Below, in pieces: positions 1 through 10,352 of a stretch of DNA of 64,000 bases (position 1 is its first letter; every line of letters starts with the position of its first letter). The position numbers were made by a program, and so were the translations under genes. The stretch comes from an uncultured Actinomycetota bacterium. GTDB lineage: Bacteria; Actinomycetota; Actinomycetes; Propionibacteriales; Nocardioidaceae. The notes beneath the pieces were generated by a model, which searched no databases, had not been told where the DNA came from, and was given only the letters and a program-made list of their open reading frames with translations. Location: assembly GCA_963843075.1 (NCBI GenBank), contig CAWJJD010000001.1, forward strand, positions 1,531,057 through 1,595,056. Reading direction: 5' to 3'.

Positions 1-3000
1 GGTCGGCACCCTGGGAGGCGAGACCGGTCACCAGACGCTCGACGCCCCACAGCAGCACGCGGAACTCGACCTCGGCGCGCGGACCGGCGTCGGCCGCCGT
101 GCCCTGCACCGCAGGTGCGGCGAACGGGAAGACCAGCGTCGGCGAGAGGGCCGGCCGCAGCTCGGTCTTCTGGCCACCGGCGGTCTCGACCACGGGGGAG
201 GAGATCCACTCGACGAGCGCGTCGACGTCGGCGTACGACGCCAGGTTGGCCGGCAGCACCCAGAGGGCGGCACCGTTCGACGCGTGGTCGCGGTAGAGGC
301 CGCGGAAGAACGACAGGCGGGCCTTGTCGAGCCGCGAGGTGGTCGCCACGACCGTGGCGCCCCCGCGCAGCAGGTCGGCCACGACCGCACCGGCGATGGA
401 GCCCGGTGCCGCGCCGGTGACGACGGCGACGTCGTCGGCCCACGTCAGGTCACGATCGGTGGCCGAGAGGGCACCGTCGTAGAACGAGACCAGGTCGGTG
501 CGCTTCTCACGACGGGCGCGGTCGAGCCACCACTGGGCCTGGGCCTTGGCGGCGTCGTCGAGTCCGGTGAAGCTGCGCTCGGCGGCCGACTCGTCGCCGA
601 TCCACACGCGGGCGAAGTCCTCACGGACCGACGCCCAGCGGTCGTCGAGCAGCACGGCACGACGAGCGTCGAAGGACGGCGCGACCTTGCGGGCCCAGTC
701 GGTCCCGAGCTCGCTCTCGACGAGCTGGACCAGCTCGGCGTCGAGGTTGTCGGAGTCGTCGGTCTCCGCGGTCTCGGCCAGGCCGAGCTTGCCGAGGAGG
801 TGGCGCGCCGTGGAGGCGAGCACACCGTCGGCGCCGGTGATCGACTCGGTGATCTCGTTGAGCGCAGCGGAGTCGACCATCGCACCCTCGCCACCACCGG
901 TGGCGGGCATGCTGACCTGGACACCCTGCGCCTGGCCGACGGCCTGGACGGCGTGGTCGACGACGGCGTTGAGGTCGGACAGGTCGATGTCGTAGCCCAG
1001 GGAGCCGCCGCGCGTCGAGGAACCGTCGCGGATCCCCGCGGCGAGCTCGGCCGACACGTGCGAGACCCAGCCGGGGCCGAGCTGCCAGGTGTCCTTGACC
1101 CGGTCCACGATCGCCGCCGGCTTCGAACCAGCAGCGCCCGCGAACTTCCGCAGGCTCTCGCTCACGGCCTCGGTCAGCACGGGGCCGAACGGGGAGTAGG
1201 TGCGGGCCAGCTTGGTGACCGTGGCCGAGAGACCCTTCCAGTCGGCCTCCGCAGCACCGTCGATGGCACCGAGCGAGAGCTCGGCGCCGAGGTCGACGAG
1301 CAGCTGGTTGCGGCGCGAGGAGACCCCGTCGCAGAGCGCCTCGATCGTGTCGGCGGCACCGATCTGGTCGGGGCGCACCTTGGTGCGGAGCGCGGCCAGC
1401 GTCTTGGTCGCGTCGGCCGCCGTGTAGGACAGGTCGGCGGGACGGTCGGCCCCAGCGGCCGCGGTCGGCGCGGCAGCCGGAGCTGCCTTGGCCTCGGCGG
1501 GCGCGTCGGCACTTGCGTCGGCCGAGCCTGTCGAAGCCTCGGCCGTTGCCTCGTCGACGGGCTCGTCGTCGGGCCCATCGTCAGGCCCATCGTCAGGCAT
1601 CGGGGTGTCCGTGGCGAAGACGACTGCCGCGTCACGTGAGGAGTTCACGATCTTCGGCGCGACCCCGTCGTACGACGGGAGCTTGGTCGTCTGCGAGGCG
1701 AGGTTGGCCAGCGTCGGAGCGTTGGCCACGCCGACCTCGACGAACTGCTCCATGCCCAGGCCACCCCCGCCTTCAGAAGCAGAGTCGGGCGAGCCGAACA
1801 GCAGGTCCTGGGTCTCGATCCAGCGCACCGGGCTGGCGAACTGCCACGCGAGCAGCTCGATCAGCAGGGCGCGGCCGAGGGCGGCCGGGTCGGCCTCCCA
1901 GGTGGCCCAGTCCGCGAGCGCGGGCTTGAGGAGCGGCGAGTCGACGTAGTTCGCGACCTCCTCGACGTAGGAGCGGTCGAGGGTGAACAGCCGCGGCACC
2001 AGGTTGGGGATGTAGCGACCGATCAGCACCGACGGGTCGATCGTCTCCGGCAGCAGCTCGTCGAGCCGGGCGCGGAAGTCCTCGACGCCGGCGTGCAGCT
2101 CCGAGGAGTGGAACGGCACGTCGATGCCCGGGACCAGGATGAAGGCCGGCTTTCCGCCGACCCGCTCGCGGCGCTCCTCGACCTCCTTCTCCAGGGCCTT
2201 GAGGCCCGCGACGGTGCCCGCGATGGCGTACTGCGAGCCGCGCAGGTTGTAGTTGACGATCTGGATGAACTCGCCGGTGCTCTCGGAGATCTCGGCCACG
2301 AAGGCGGCGACGTCGTCGTCGGCCAGCTCGATCTGCGAGGGGCGGATGGCGGCGAGGCGGTAGTTGCTCCGGCCATGGGCGTCGCGGGGCACCAGGTGGT
2401 GCATCGCCATGCCGCGGCGGAACACGATCTCCAGCAGCGCCTCGAGGGGCAGGATGCCGGTGACGGCGGCGAGCGCGTTGTACTCGCCGACGGAGTGACC
2501 GCAGGTGATGGCGTCCTCGACGAAGACGCCGGCCTCACGCATCTCGGCGACCTGGGCCACCGCGAGGGTGGCCATCGCGACCTGGGTGAACTGCGTCAGG
2601 AACAGCACGCCGTCCGGGTGGCGGTGGAGCTCACCGTCGGCCCACAGCTCGGTCGGGTTGTCGCGGACGACGGCCAGGATCGAGAAGCCCAGGGCCTCGC
2701 GGGTGTGGCTGTCGGCGCGGTCCCAGACCTCGCGGGCGGCCGCCGAGCGGGAACGGGCCTCGAGGCCCATGCCCTGGCTCTGGATGCCCTGGCCCGGGAA
2801 GGCGTACGTCGTGCGCGGTGCTGCCACGACGGCCTCCGCGACCATGACGAGCTCGCCCTCGGCGCGGCAGGTCACCTCGACAACGGTGTCTCCCCCGACG
2901 ACACCGGTGCGCTCGACAGTGATCTCGACCTCGGCGTTCGGCAGCAGCGGGGAGACCCAGCGGGCCAGCCAGCTGCGGATCGGACGCGGGTGGTGCGTGG

Positions 3001-6000
3001 CGCCGACCGACGCGGCAGCGCGTTGCCCGACGGCGGAGAGCCACATGCCGTGGACGATCGGGCCGTCGAAGCCCGCCAGGCGGGCGGCCGGCACGTCGGT
3101 GTGCAGCGGGTTGTGGTCGCCGCTGACGGCGGCGAAGGCGCCCATGTGGTGCGGAGCGGTCACGGTGAACCGGTCCATCCGGGCACGCGGCTTGTCCTCG
3201 ACGTCGGTCGCGACCGAGGCGGGCGCGACCAGCTCGGCGGAACCGGAGCGGCCGCGCACCATGAAGCGCTCGACCAGCGTGGCGATCAGCTCGTCGCCCT
3301 GGCTGATCCGCACCTCGACGGTGATCACCTGGCCGGCCGTGGTGTCCACGACACCGGCGCGGGTGGCGGCGATGCTGAGCTCGGTGTCATCGGCGGGCAG
3401 CGTGGCGACGTCGATGCGGTGGTCGAGGTGCACCAGGTCGAGCAGGCCCTCGATCGCGCCGATGCTGGCGAAGACGGCGGGCCAGGCGAGACCGACGAGT
3501 GCGTCGGGGACGGCCTGCTCCTCCGGGTCCGCCACCGCGTCGCCTCGACGGGTGCGCCCGGGGCTGGTGACACCGATGTGGTCGGAGACCACGTGGGACG
3601 ACCAGGGCACGTGCACGACGGCGGTGCCGTCGGTGACCTCGGGCAGCGTGCCCCCGGCGGTGAGGGCCAGCAGGGCCCCCATCGCGTCGGTGGCGGAGTC
3701 CGTCGAGATGACCGGCAGGCGACCGCTCGCGATGCCGGACAGGTCGACGCGGAGCTTCAGGCTGCCGTGCGTCAGGGGCACCTCGAGCACGGCGGCGTCC
3801 GCGCCGTCGGGGACGAACGAGGACGCCGTGCCCTCGAGGCGGTGCAGCGGGTTGGGGACCACGCGACCGGCCCACACCACGTCGGTGGCGTCGTAGGCGG
3901 CCTCGACCAGCGTGCGGCCCTCACCGACGGTGGTCCGGCTCGCAGCGGCGACGGGAGCGGTGTCGAGCGTGTCGACGATCGCGGCCTCGAAGCGGTCGAG
4001 CAGGTCGGCGACCGGCTCGTCCACCTCGGTGATGCCACCCACGGCCACCGGGCCGGGGATGACGATGACCTGGTCGGCGCCGTAGGACTCGTCGTGGGCC
4101 TGCCACAGCGAGTCGGAGCGCCACCAGCGGCGCACGTCGGCGTCGATCACGGGGACGAAGTTCACCGGCTTTCCCGGGCGGCGGCACACCTCGATGAAGA
4201 AGTGGATGTCGGCCGGGTGCAGACGGCAGGTGAGTGCCTGCGGGTGTTCCGTCACGAGCGTGTCGACGGCGGCCGCAGGGTTGTCACGGACGTCGTCCGC
4301 GGTGAAGGGACGCTCGATCGGCCCCGAGGTCTCGGGGTGCACGCGGGCCAGCGAGCGGTCGAGGAGCTCCTCGAAGCGCTGCTGCAGGGTGATGTCGAGC
4401 CAGCCCCGGGAGTCCGTGGGACCGCTGAGCTCGAGGAAGCGGCGCAGCACCTGCTCGTAGGTCATCTCGGTGACGTCGCCGAAGTAGGGCTTGCTGGTCT
4501 GGTTCATCGCGGCGACCAGCTCGTCCTTGCGGGCGAGCGCGGCCTCGGCGTCGCCGGCGACCTCGTCGAGGAGGGCGCCGCAGCGCGAGGCGGTGTTGTC
4601 GATCTCGTGGATGTCGGCGCCGAGCTGGCTGCGGCCGGAGGTGACGTTGCCGTCGCTGCGGCCGGATCCGACCCAGCCGGTGGGGATGCCGGGGGTCTCG
4701 ACCAGGAGCTGCTTGACCTCGGGGGAGGTGGTCGCCTCCCTGGTGGCCATGGCAGCGGTGCCGATGAGGACACCGTCGACGGGCATGGCGGCTTCGCCGT
4801 GCGCGGTCGCCCAGCGTCCGGTCAGGTAGTCGACGCCACGCTCCGGCGTACCGATGCCGCCGCCGACGCAGACGACGAGGTTCTCGACGGTGCGGAGGTC
4901 GGGGTAGGTCGCGAGCAGGAGCTCGTCGAGGTCCTCCCACGAGTGGTGGCCACCGGCCACGCCGCCCTCGATGTGGGCGATCACGGTGGTGTCGACCTCG
5001 CGGGCGATCGCCAGCACCTGGCGGATCTGCTTCACGGTGCCGGGCTTGAACACCACGTGGGTGATGCCGGCCTCGTGCAGGTCCTCGATGATGCCGACGG
5101 CGTCCTCGAGGTCGGGGATGCCGGCGCTGATCACCAGGCCGTCGAAGGGGGCACCCGCGAGCCGGGCCTTCTGCAGGAGGCGCTGGCCGCCGACCTGCAG
5201 CTTCCACAGGTAGGGGTCGAGGAACAGCGTGTTGAACTGCGCGGTGCGGCCCTCGTCGAGGAGCTCGGTCAGCTTCGCGACGTTCTCGGCGAAGATCGCC
5301 TCGGTGACCTGTCCGCCGCCGGCGAGCTCGGCCCAGTGCCCGGCGTTCGCGGCGGCCGCGACGATCTCGGGGTCGACGGTGGTCGGGGTCATCCCCGCGA
5401 GCAGGATCGGCGACTTGCCGGTCAGGCGGGTGAACTTGGTGTCCACGACGGGCTTGCCGTCGCCGCGGTCGATCAGGCGCGGGGCGTACGCCGACCAGTC
5501 GGCGGCCTTGCGGACGGACTTGCCGGCCGTGAAGAGCAGGTCGCGGCCGGACTCCGTGGCGCCGGGGACGACGGTGATGCCTCGACCACGCAGCGCGCGT
5601 CCGGTCATGTTGGCGGAGAGCTCGCCCGGGCCGAGGTCGACGACCCAGCCGGTGGCGGGGCCGACGGCGTCGGCGAGGGCACGCGGCCAGTTGACGGTCT
5701 CGACGCAGATGGCGTGCGCCAGGTGCTCGGCCAGCCCGGAGTCCAGGCCACAGGACTCGGCCCAGTCGCGGACCATCGCGACGGCGGGGGTGAGGGCGGG
5801 GTGGTGGAAGCCCAGGGCGACCGGCACGGACTCGACGGTCGGGTCGAACGCCCGGCCACCGCGCACCTTGGACGCGATCTCGGCGGCCTCGGTGGCGGTG
5901 CGCTTCTCGATGGCCTTGCGCAGGCGGCGGAGCGCGGCGGGGGTGCCGCTCACGACGACGCGGCGGGCGGCGTTGATGACGGCCACCACAGCGAGGTCGT

Positions 6001-6661
6001 CGGCGTCGGAGGCCTCGGCGGCGAGCTCCTCGACCTCGGCCACGGTGGCGCCGGAGACGGCCAGCATGGGGGAGTCCTCGCCGTGGGCGACCAGGCCGGC
6101 GCGACGGCCGACGATGGTGGCGGCGGCGCCGATGAGGCGGGCGATCGCGACCAGGTCGACGTCGCTGCTGCGGTCGTCCTCCTCACGGGCCTCGCGGCGG
6201 CCGGCGAAGGCCGCGACGCCGAGGATGCCCTGACTGTGCCCGACCGCCGCGACCGGCGCGACGCGGGTGAGGTCGAGGCCCTCGGCGGCCAGCAGGTCGA
6301 GGGTGGCGAGCTGGGTGAGCAGCACGCCGGGCAGGCCGAGGGAGGCGGTGGTGAGGTCGGTGCCGCGCGGCTCCTCGCCGCGGGCCAGCCAGGCCTGCGG
6401 CTCGAAGGGGCGCGGGAGGGCGGCGGCGAGCTGGCCGGCCACCGGGGCGAGCCGCTCGCCGGAGGCCTCGACGAGCTGGGCGATGCGCGATGCGTCAGGG
6501 TCCTCGCCGAACAGCTCGCGCAGGGTCGCGAACCAGTCGGTGCCCTGGCCGCCGAAGGTCACGGCGAACTCCTCGCCCTCGTGCAACCGGTCCGCCAGGG
6601 TGCGGCCTCGCTCGGGGGTGGAGTGGTCCTGGGTCAGCGTGGTGGGAGGAAGCTGAGTCAT
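1..6661 (-). CDS. fas: Type I multidomain fatty acid synthase (bacterial FAS-I), N-terminal ~2220 aa; continues off the left edge
   Basis: Open frame from ATG 6661 to the window edge (absent from the ORF track because it has no stop). Manual translation gives AT (FAVTFGGQG), enoyl reductase (FNTLFLDPYLW; HIEGGVAGGHHSWEDL), MaoC dehydratase (SGDHNPLH...IVHGMW), MPT (YAFPGQGIQ; GHSVGEYNAL; IDVPFHS; WQFASPVRW), ACP (DGVSSRRNQLLVDLG) and the start of KR (VTGAAPGSIAG). Confidence 0.95.
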   Translation of the reverse strand, partial: MTQLPPTTLTQDHSTPERGRTLADRLHEGEEFAVTFGGQGTDWFATLRELFGEDPDASRIAQLVEASGERLAPVAGQLAAALPRPFEPQAWLARGEEPRGTDLTTASLGLPGVLLTQLATLDLLAAEGLDLTRVAPVAAVGHSQGILGVAAFAGRREAREEDDRSSDVDLVAIARLIGAAATIVGRRAGLVAHGEDSPMLAVSGATVAEVEELAAEASDADDLAVVAVINAARRVVVSGTPAALRRLRKAIEKRTATEAAEIASKVRGGRAFDPTVESVPVALGFHHPALTPAVAMVRDWAESCGLDSGLAEHLAHAICVETVNWPRALADAVGPATGWVVDLGPGELSANMTGRALRGRGITVVPGATESGRDLLFTAGKSVRKAADWSAYAPRLIDRGDGKPVVDTKFTRLTGKSPILLAGMTPTTVDPEIVAAAANAGHWAELAGGGQVTEAIFAENVAKLTELLDEGRTAQFNTLFLDPYLWKLQVGGQRLLQKARLAGAPFDGLVISAGIPDLEDAVGIIEDLHEAGITHVVFKPGTVKQIRQVLAIAREVDTTVIAHIEGGVAGGHHSWEDLDELLLATYPDLRTVENLVVCVGGGIGTPERGVDYLTGRWATAHGEAAMPVDGVLIGTAAMATREATTSPEVKQLLVETPGIPTGWVGSGRSDGNVTSGRSQLGADIHEIDNTASRCGALLDEVAGDAEAALARKDELVAAMNQTSKPYFGDVTEMTYEQVLRRFLELSGPTDSRGWLDITLQQRFEELLDRSLARVHPETSGPIERPFTADDVRDNPAAAVDTLVTEHPQALTCRLHPADIHFFIEVCRRPGKPVNFVPVIDADVRRWWRSDSLWQAHDESYGADQVIVIPGPVAVGGITEVDEPVADLLDRFEAAIVDTLDTAPVAAASRTTVGEGRTLVEAAYDATDVVWAGRVVPNPLHRLEGTASSFVPDGADAAVLEVPLTHGSLKLRVDLSGIASGRLPVISTDSATDAMGALLALTAGGTLPEVTDGTAVVHVPWSSHVVSDHIGVTSPGRTRRGDAVADPEEQAVPDALVGLAWPAVFASIGAIEGLLDLVHLDHRIDVATLPADDTELSIAATRAGVVDTTAGQVITVEVRISQGDELIATLVERFMVRGRSGSAELVAPASVATDVEDKPRARMDRFTVTAPHHMGAFAAVSGDHNPLHTDVPAARLAGFDGPIVHGMWLSAVGQRAAASVGATHHPRPIRSWLARWVSPLLPNAEVEITVERTGVVGGDTVVEVTCRAEGELVMVAEAVVAAPRTTYAFPGQGIQSQGMGLEARSRSAAAREVWDRADSHTREALGFSILAVVRDNPTELWADGELHRHPDGVLFLTQFTQVAMATLAVAQVAEMREAGVFVEDAITCGHSVGEYNALAAVTGILPLEALLEIVFRRGMAMHHLVPRDAHGRSNYRLAAIRPSQIELADDDVAAFVAEISESTGEFIQIVNYNLRGSQYAIAGTVAGLKALEKEVEERRERVGGKPAFILVPGIDVPFHSSELHAGVEDFRARLDELLPETIDPSVLIGRYIPNLVPRLFTLDRSYVEEVANYVDSPLLKPALADWATWEADPAALGRALLIELLAWQFASPVRWIETQDLLFGSPDSASEGGGGLGMEQFVEVGVANAPTLANLASQTTKLPSYDGVAPKIVNSSRDAAVVFATDTPMPDDGPDDGPDDEPVDEATAEASTGSADASADAPAEAKAAPAAAPTAAAGADRPADLSYTAADATKTLAALRTKVRPDQIGAADTIEALCDGVSSRRNQLLVDLGAELSLGAIDGAAEADWKGLSATVTKLARTYSPFGPVLTEAVSESLRKFAGAAGSKPAAIVDRVKDTWQLGPGWVSHVSAELAAGIRDGSSTRGGSLGYDIDLSDLNAVVDHAVQAVGQAQGVQVSMPATGGGEGAMVDSAALNEITESITGADGVLASTARHLLGKLGLAETAETDDSDNLDAELVQLVESELGTDWARKVAPSFDARRAVLLDDRWASVREDFARVWIGDESAAERSFTGLDDAAKAQAQWWLDRARREKRTDLVSFYDGALSATDRDLTWADDVAVVTGAAPGSIAGAVVADLLRGGATVVATTSRLDKARLSFFRGLYRDHASNGAALWVLPANLASYADVDALVEWISSPVVETAGGQKTELRPALSPTLVFPFAAPAVQGTAADAGPRAEVEFRVLLWGVERLVTGLASQGAD

Positions 6662-6663
6662 AT

Positions 6664-6686
6664 GAGGAGTACATCATGTTCTCCTC
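6664..6686. promoter_or_regulatory. 23-bp dyad immediately upstream of the fas start (candidate operator)
   Basis: GAGGAGTACAT-C-ATGTTCTCCTC; arms are 10/11 complementary; it ends 2 nt upstream of the fas ATG. Confidence 0.5.
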
Positions 6687-6818
6687 GTGAACCTGAAATC
6701 CGCCTCACGTTTTTTACGGGGCTGTCATCTGCTTATTCGATACCCGCCGGTAGGGCCTTGACAGGTTTGTGACGGACACGCCCACGTGACACGCCTGACT
6801 CATGAGTAGGGTCGCGCC

Positions 6819-7619
6819 ATGACCCTCCCAGCACCCTCCCAGGGACGTGTGGCAGTTGTCACAGGCGCCTCCAAGGGCATCGGCGCCGAGATCGCCAGGG
6901 AGCTCGCCCGACGTGGCCACGAGCTGGTCCTGGTGGCCCGTTCGGCCGATCAGCTGCAGGCCGTGGCCGACAGCGTTCCGAGCACCGCGCACGTCGTACC
7001 CGCAGACCTCGGTGACGCCGAGGCGCGCGCCGGCCTGCTGGCCCGGATCGAGGCCCTCGGGCTGACGCCCCAGATCCTGGTCAACAACGCCGGCTTCTCC
7101 ACGATGGGACCGGTGCACCAGAACGACCCCGAGGTCGAAGCCAGCATGCTCGAGCTCGACGTGGTGGCGCTGGCCGACCTGTGCGGGCGCTTCCTGCCCG
7201 GCATGGTCGAGCGCGGCTCCGGTGCGGTGCTCAACGTGGCCTCGACCGCGGCCTTCCAGCCACTGCCCGGTCAGGCGGGGTACGGCGCTGCCAAGGCGTT
7301 CGTCCTCTCCTACACGCGCAGCCTCGCCGCCGAGCTGCGCGGGACCGGCGTGCGGGCGACCGTGCTGTGCCCAGGACCGGTCGAGACCGACTTCGGCAAG
7401 ACGGCGGGGTTCACGCCGAAGGAGGAGAAGGAGTCCCTGCCGCAGATCATGTGGGTCTCCGCGCCCGAGGTCGCGCGCGCGGCCGTCGACGGGATGGACG
7501 CCGGCAAGGTCGTGGTGATCCCGGGCGCCGCCAACAAGGCCGGCGCCGCGTTCGCCACCCTCGCGCCGAAGCGGCTGCTGGCCTCGCTCGTGGCCAGGAG
7601 CCACCCGGGCCTGCGCTGA
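6819..7619 (+). CDS. Short-chain dehydrogenase/reductase (SDR)
   Basis: TGASKGIG, NNAG and YGAAK (YxxxK) motifs. TAGGGT -10 lies 6 nt before the ATG (leaderless). Confidence 0.92.
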   Translation: MTLPAPSQGRVAVVTGASKGIGAEIARELARRGHELVLVARSADQLQAVADSVPSTAHVVPADLGDAEARAGLLARIEALGLTPQILVNNAGFSTMGPVHQNDPEVEASMLELDVVALADLCGRFLPGMVERGSGAVLNVASTAAFQPLPGQAGYGAAKAFVLSYTRSLAAELRGTGVRATVLCPGPVETDFGKTAGFTPKEEKESLPQIMWVSAPEVARAAVDGMDAGKVVVIPGAANKAGAAFATLAPKRLLASLVARSHPGLR

Positions 7620-7667
7620 AGTCCTGGGCTGAGGTCCTGCGCTGAGGGTCTGCGCTGAGGTCCTGCG
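7611..7667. repeat. 13-bp tandem repeat x4 plus a partial copy
   Basis: Units ctgcgctgaagtc / ctgggctgaggtc / ctgcgctgagggt / ctgcgctgaggtc lie between convergent stop codons. Confidence 0.85.
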
Positions 7668-10328
7668 TCAGACGTTGTGGCTGCTCCGGCGACCAGCTCG
7701 GATGACGTCCCGGCGGTGCTCGTCCAGCGGTGAGGGGCGCCGGTCGAGCCGGTCGTCGAGCACCTTCGCCGCACGTTCGGCCTGGCCGGAGTGGGCGAGC
7801 GCATGGACGAGCGTGTCCTGCAGGACCTCTCGCTGCGCCGCACTGCCGCCCAGGACTCCGGCGCGGGGGAGCACCTCCTCGAGCTGCCGGGCCGCCGCGT
7901 CGAACTCGCCCTCGACCACGGCCTGGAGCGCCCGGCACACAGGGGCGACCACGTCGCGGAAGGTCGGGTCGGCGTGTGCCAGCGACGTGGCGCGCAGTGC
8001 GGCCAGGCCCACCTCGTCGCGCTCGGCGGCGAGGCTGAGTGCGGAGTGCAGCGCCGCGAACGGGGTCGGCGGGGAGATCAGCCATCCGTCGGGCGCGGAG
8101 CCGCAGACGGCCTCGCTCGGCAGCTCGCCCGACCAGGTGTCGGTGACGTGGCAGCGCCACAGCAGCGCCCCACTGTCGACGAGCGCACGCGATCCGGTGA
8201 CGAGGGGCGGTGCGAGCTCGCGCTCGTAGCGGCGCCGGACCGCCTCGACGTCACCCTGCATCAGCTCGTGCAGGGCGGCGTGCCAGGACAAGTGCGAGCG
8301 GTGGTTGGCCTGCGGACCCTGGGTGCGGATCCACTCGTCGAGCCAGGTGAGCCCCTCGGCGTGCTGGCCGGTCTCGTAGAAGACGTGGGCACGGGCGTGG
8401 GCGGCGTGACCAGAGGACGGTTCGACCGAGAGGGCGTAGGCCGACAGGTTCTCGGCCTCGTCCCAGCGCTCCTGGTCCTGGCGGACGAAGGCCAGCTGGC
8501 CGGCGTACCACCAGTCGTCGCCGTAGGTGCGCCCGAGGCCCTCGACCAGGTTGGCCGTCTGCCGTCCCGACGTCAGGCCGCCGAACGCGACCGTCGGCAC
8601 GGCGACGCTCACCGCGAGGGCGTCGCGCGGGAAGAGCCGGATGTGGCGCAGGAGCGCCGCGGCGCCGGTCGCCTCGTCGGAGCGGAGCCGGGTGGTGACG
8701 GCGTCGAGGAAGCTCACCTCGCGGTCGTCGAGGTCGCGGTCGGACGCGGCAGCGTGGGCCGAGCTCAGGGCACTGCGCCACGACCCGGTCGCGCCCCACT
8801 CGTGGCCGAGCAGGGCGAGCGCGGCCTGTGCCTGGGCGAAGTCGGGGTCGATGGCCACGGCGGCCTCGAGTCCCTCCTCGACCCCGTCCTGCAGCCGCAG
8901 CAGTCGGCCGAACGCCTCGTTGTAGGCCCCGGCCGCCTTGCGGTTGGTGGTCAGCGTCAACCCGTAGGGGTCGACGGGGCGGCGCCGGGTCTCGCCGTGA
9001 AGGGCGCGTACGACGGCGCGCGCGACGTCATAGGCCTGCTCGCGGATCTCCGGCATCGCCGTGGTCTCCCACAGGTTGCCGCGGCGCAGGGTCCCGAGGG
9101 CGTAGAGCGGCATCGTGGGTGGGAGCACGCCGAGGACCCGGCCGTCATCGGCGGTGTCGATGCCGAGGCCGGCAGGGCCGGGCCGCGCCAGACCGGTGTG
9201 GGCCAGGCCGGCGAGCAGGGGGTCCGCGGAGAGGGTGCCGACCGGGCCTGTGCAGTTCACGACGCCACCGACGACGATGCACTGCCCGTCGCTGAGCGTG
9301 ACCTCCACGCCGCCGGCCACCTCGCGGGCGTCGACGAGCGTGCCCGGGTGACGGACCAGCCTGTCTGCCTCCCTGATCGTGTCGAGGCGAGCCGCAGTGA
9401 CAGGGGGCATCCGGTGACGGTGGACGTCCCAGGTGCGCGCGTGCTCGGCGAGGAAGCGGCGCTTGTCCTCGTCGCAGAGCCCCTGCCAGAGCTGGGCGGT
9501 CACCGGCCGGAGGCCGTCGATGGCGGCCCGCCAGTCCCCGGTGTCCTCGACCGTGTGCGCCACGTGGGCGTTGACGGCGTCGCGGAGCTCCTCGAGGGTG
9601 CCCAGCCGGGTGATGCCGGGAGGAGGCGGTGTGGCCGGGGTCGTCGGGATGCGATGGACCCGGGGCACCAGGTCGTGGCGCGAGACCGTGTGCAGGGTGC
9701 GGTCCGGCTGGTCGGCCGCGATGGCGATGTCGACCATGGTCAGGCCGGTGCCGACGAGCAGCAGGTCGCCGTCGGGCAGCTCCTGGGTCCACGGGTCCGA
9801 GACCAGCCGCGGGGAGGCTGCCAGGGTCGCCGGCGCCCAGTCGGTGCCGGGCCGGGATCCGGTGGCGAGCACGACCGCGCGGGCGACGATCGACTGGCCC
9901 GACGAGAGCCGGACCACGAAGCGGTCGCCCCGGCGGTCGACGCCGAGCACGGACTCCTGGCGACGCTCGAGGCGCGCGTTGCCGGGATACTCCGCCGCGG
10001 TCTCGAGCAGGCCGGCGAGGTAGTTGCCGTAGACCCGGCGCGGCACGAAGTCCTGGGGCTGGGTCCCGGCGTCGTGGTGGTGGCGGACCCAGCGGAAGAA
10101 GTGCTCCGGGTCGCGGGGGAAGGCGCTCATCCCGCTCGCGGGCACGTTGAGGAGGTGGCGGTCGTCGCCGGTGGAGTATGCCGTGCCGCGACCGGTCGTG
10201 GCGGAGGGGTCGACCAGGGCCACGCGGTAGCGGGAGGACAGGGCCGTGACCAGGTGGGACGCCGTCAGCGCGCCGGCCGCTCCCGCACCCACGACGACCA
10301 CGCAGCAGTCGCCTTCTCCACCCCGCAT
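7668..10328 (-). CDS. FAD/NAD(P)-binding oxidoreductase fused to a C-terminal TPR-like (TTC38-like) helical domain
   Basis: 886-aa ORF. N-terminal half has VVGAGAAG, LLVGTGLTMVD, HRHRMPP and NCTGP. The C-terminal ~435 aa are helical repeats (AAVAIDPDFAQAQAALALL; HAAHARAHVFYETG; SHLSWHAALHEL). Confidence 0.8.
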   Translation of the reverse strand: MRGGEGDCCVVVVGAGAAGALTASHLVTALSSRYRVALVDPSATTGRGTAYSTGDDRHLLNVPASGMSAFPRDPEHFFRWVRHHHDAGTQPQDFVPRRVYGNYLAGLLETAAEYPGNARLERRQESVLGVDRRGDRFVVRLSSGQSIVARAVVLATGSRPGTDWAPATLAASPRLVSDPWTQELPDGDLLLVGTGLTMVDIAIAADQPDRTLHTVSRHDLVPRVHRIPTTPATPPPPGITRLGTLEELRDAVNAHVAHTVEDTGDWRAAIDGLRPVTAQLWQGLCDEDKRRFLAEHARTWDVHRHRMPPVTAARLDTIREADRLVRHPGTLVDAREVAGGVEVTLSDGQCIVVGGVVNCTGPVGTLSADPLLAGLAHTGLARPGPAGLGIDTADDGRVLGVLPPTMPLYALGTLRRGNLWETTAMPEIREQAYDVARAVVRALHGETRRRPVDPYGLTLTTNRKAAGAYNEAFGRLLRLQDGVEEGLEAAVAIDPDFAQAQAALALLGHEWGATGSWRSALSSAHAAASDRDLDDREVSFLDAVTTRLRSDEATGAAALLRHIRLFPRDALAVSVAVPTVAFGGLTSGRQTANLVEGLGRTYGDDWWYAGQLAFVRQDQERWDEAENLSAYALSVEPSSGHAAHARAHVFYETGQHAEGLTWLDEWIRTQGPQANHRSHLSWHAALHELMQGDVEAVRRRYERELAPPLVTGSRALVDSGALLWRCHVTDTWSGELPSEAVCGSAPDGWLISPPTPFAALHSALSLAAERDEVGLAALRATSLAHADPTFRDVVAPVCRALQAVVEGEFDAAARQLEEVLPRAGVLGGSAAQREVLQDTLVHALAHSGQAERAAKVLDDRLDRRPSPLDEHRRDVIRAGRRSSHNV

Positions 10329-10352
10329 CGGATCACCCCTAAAGTCGAGTAA

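Noticed and set aside
1480-1620. Low-complexity repeats (ggcccatcgtca x2; Ala/Pro-rich)
   Set aside because: This is the ordinary flexible MPT-ACP linker of FAS-I.
2093-6772. 1559-aa plus-strand ORF, and similar long antisense ORFs (7791-10352, 13530-16379, 31083-33863, 40281-42713, 57065-58924)
   Set aside because: These are shadow frames opposite genes with clear motifs, which is expected in high-GC DNA; they have no recognisable motifs of their own.
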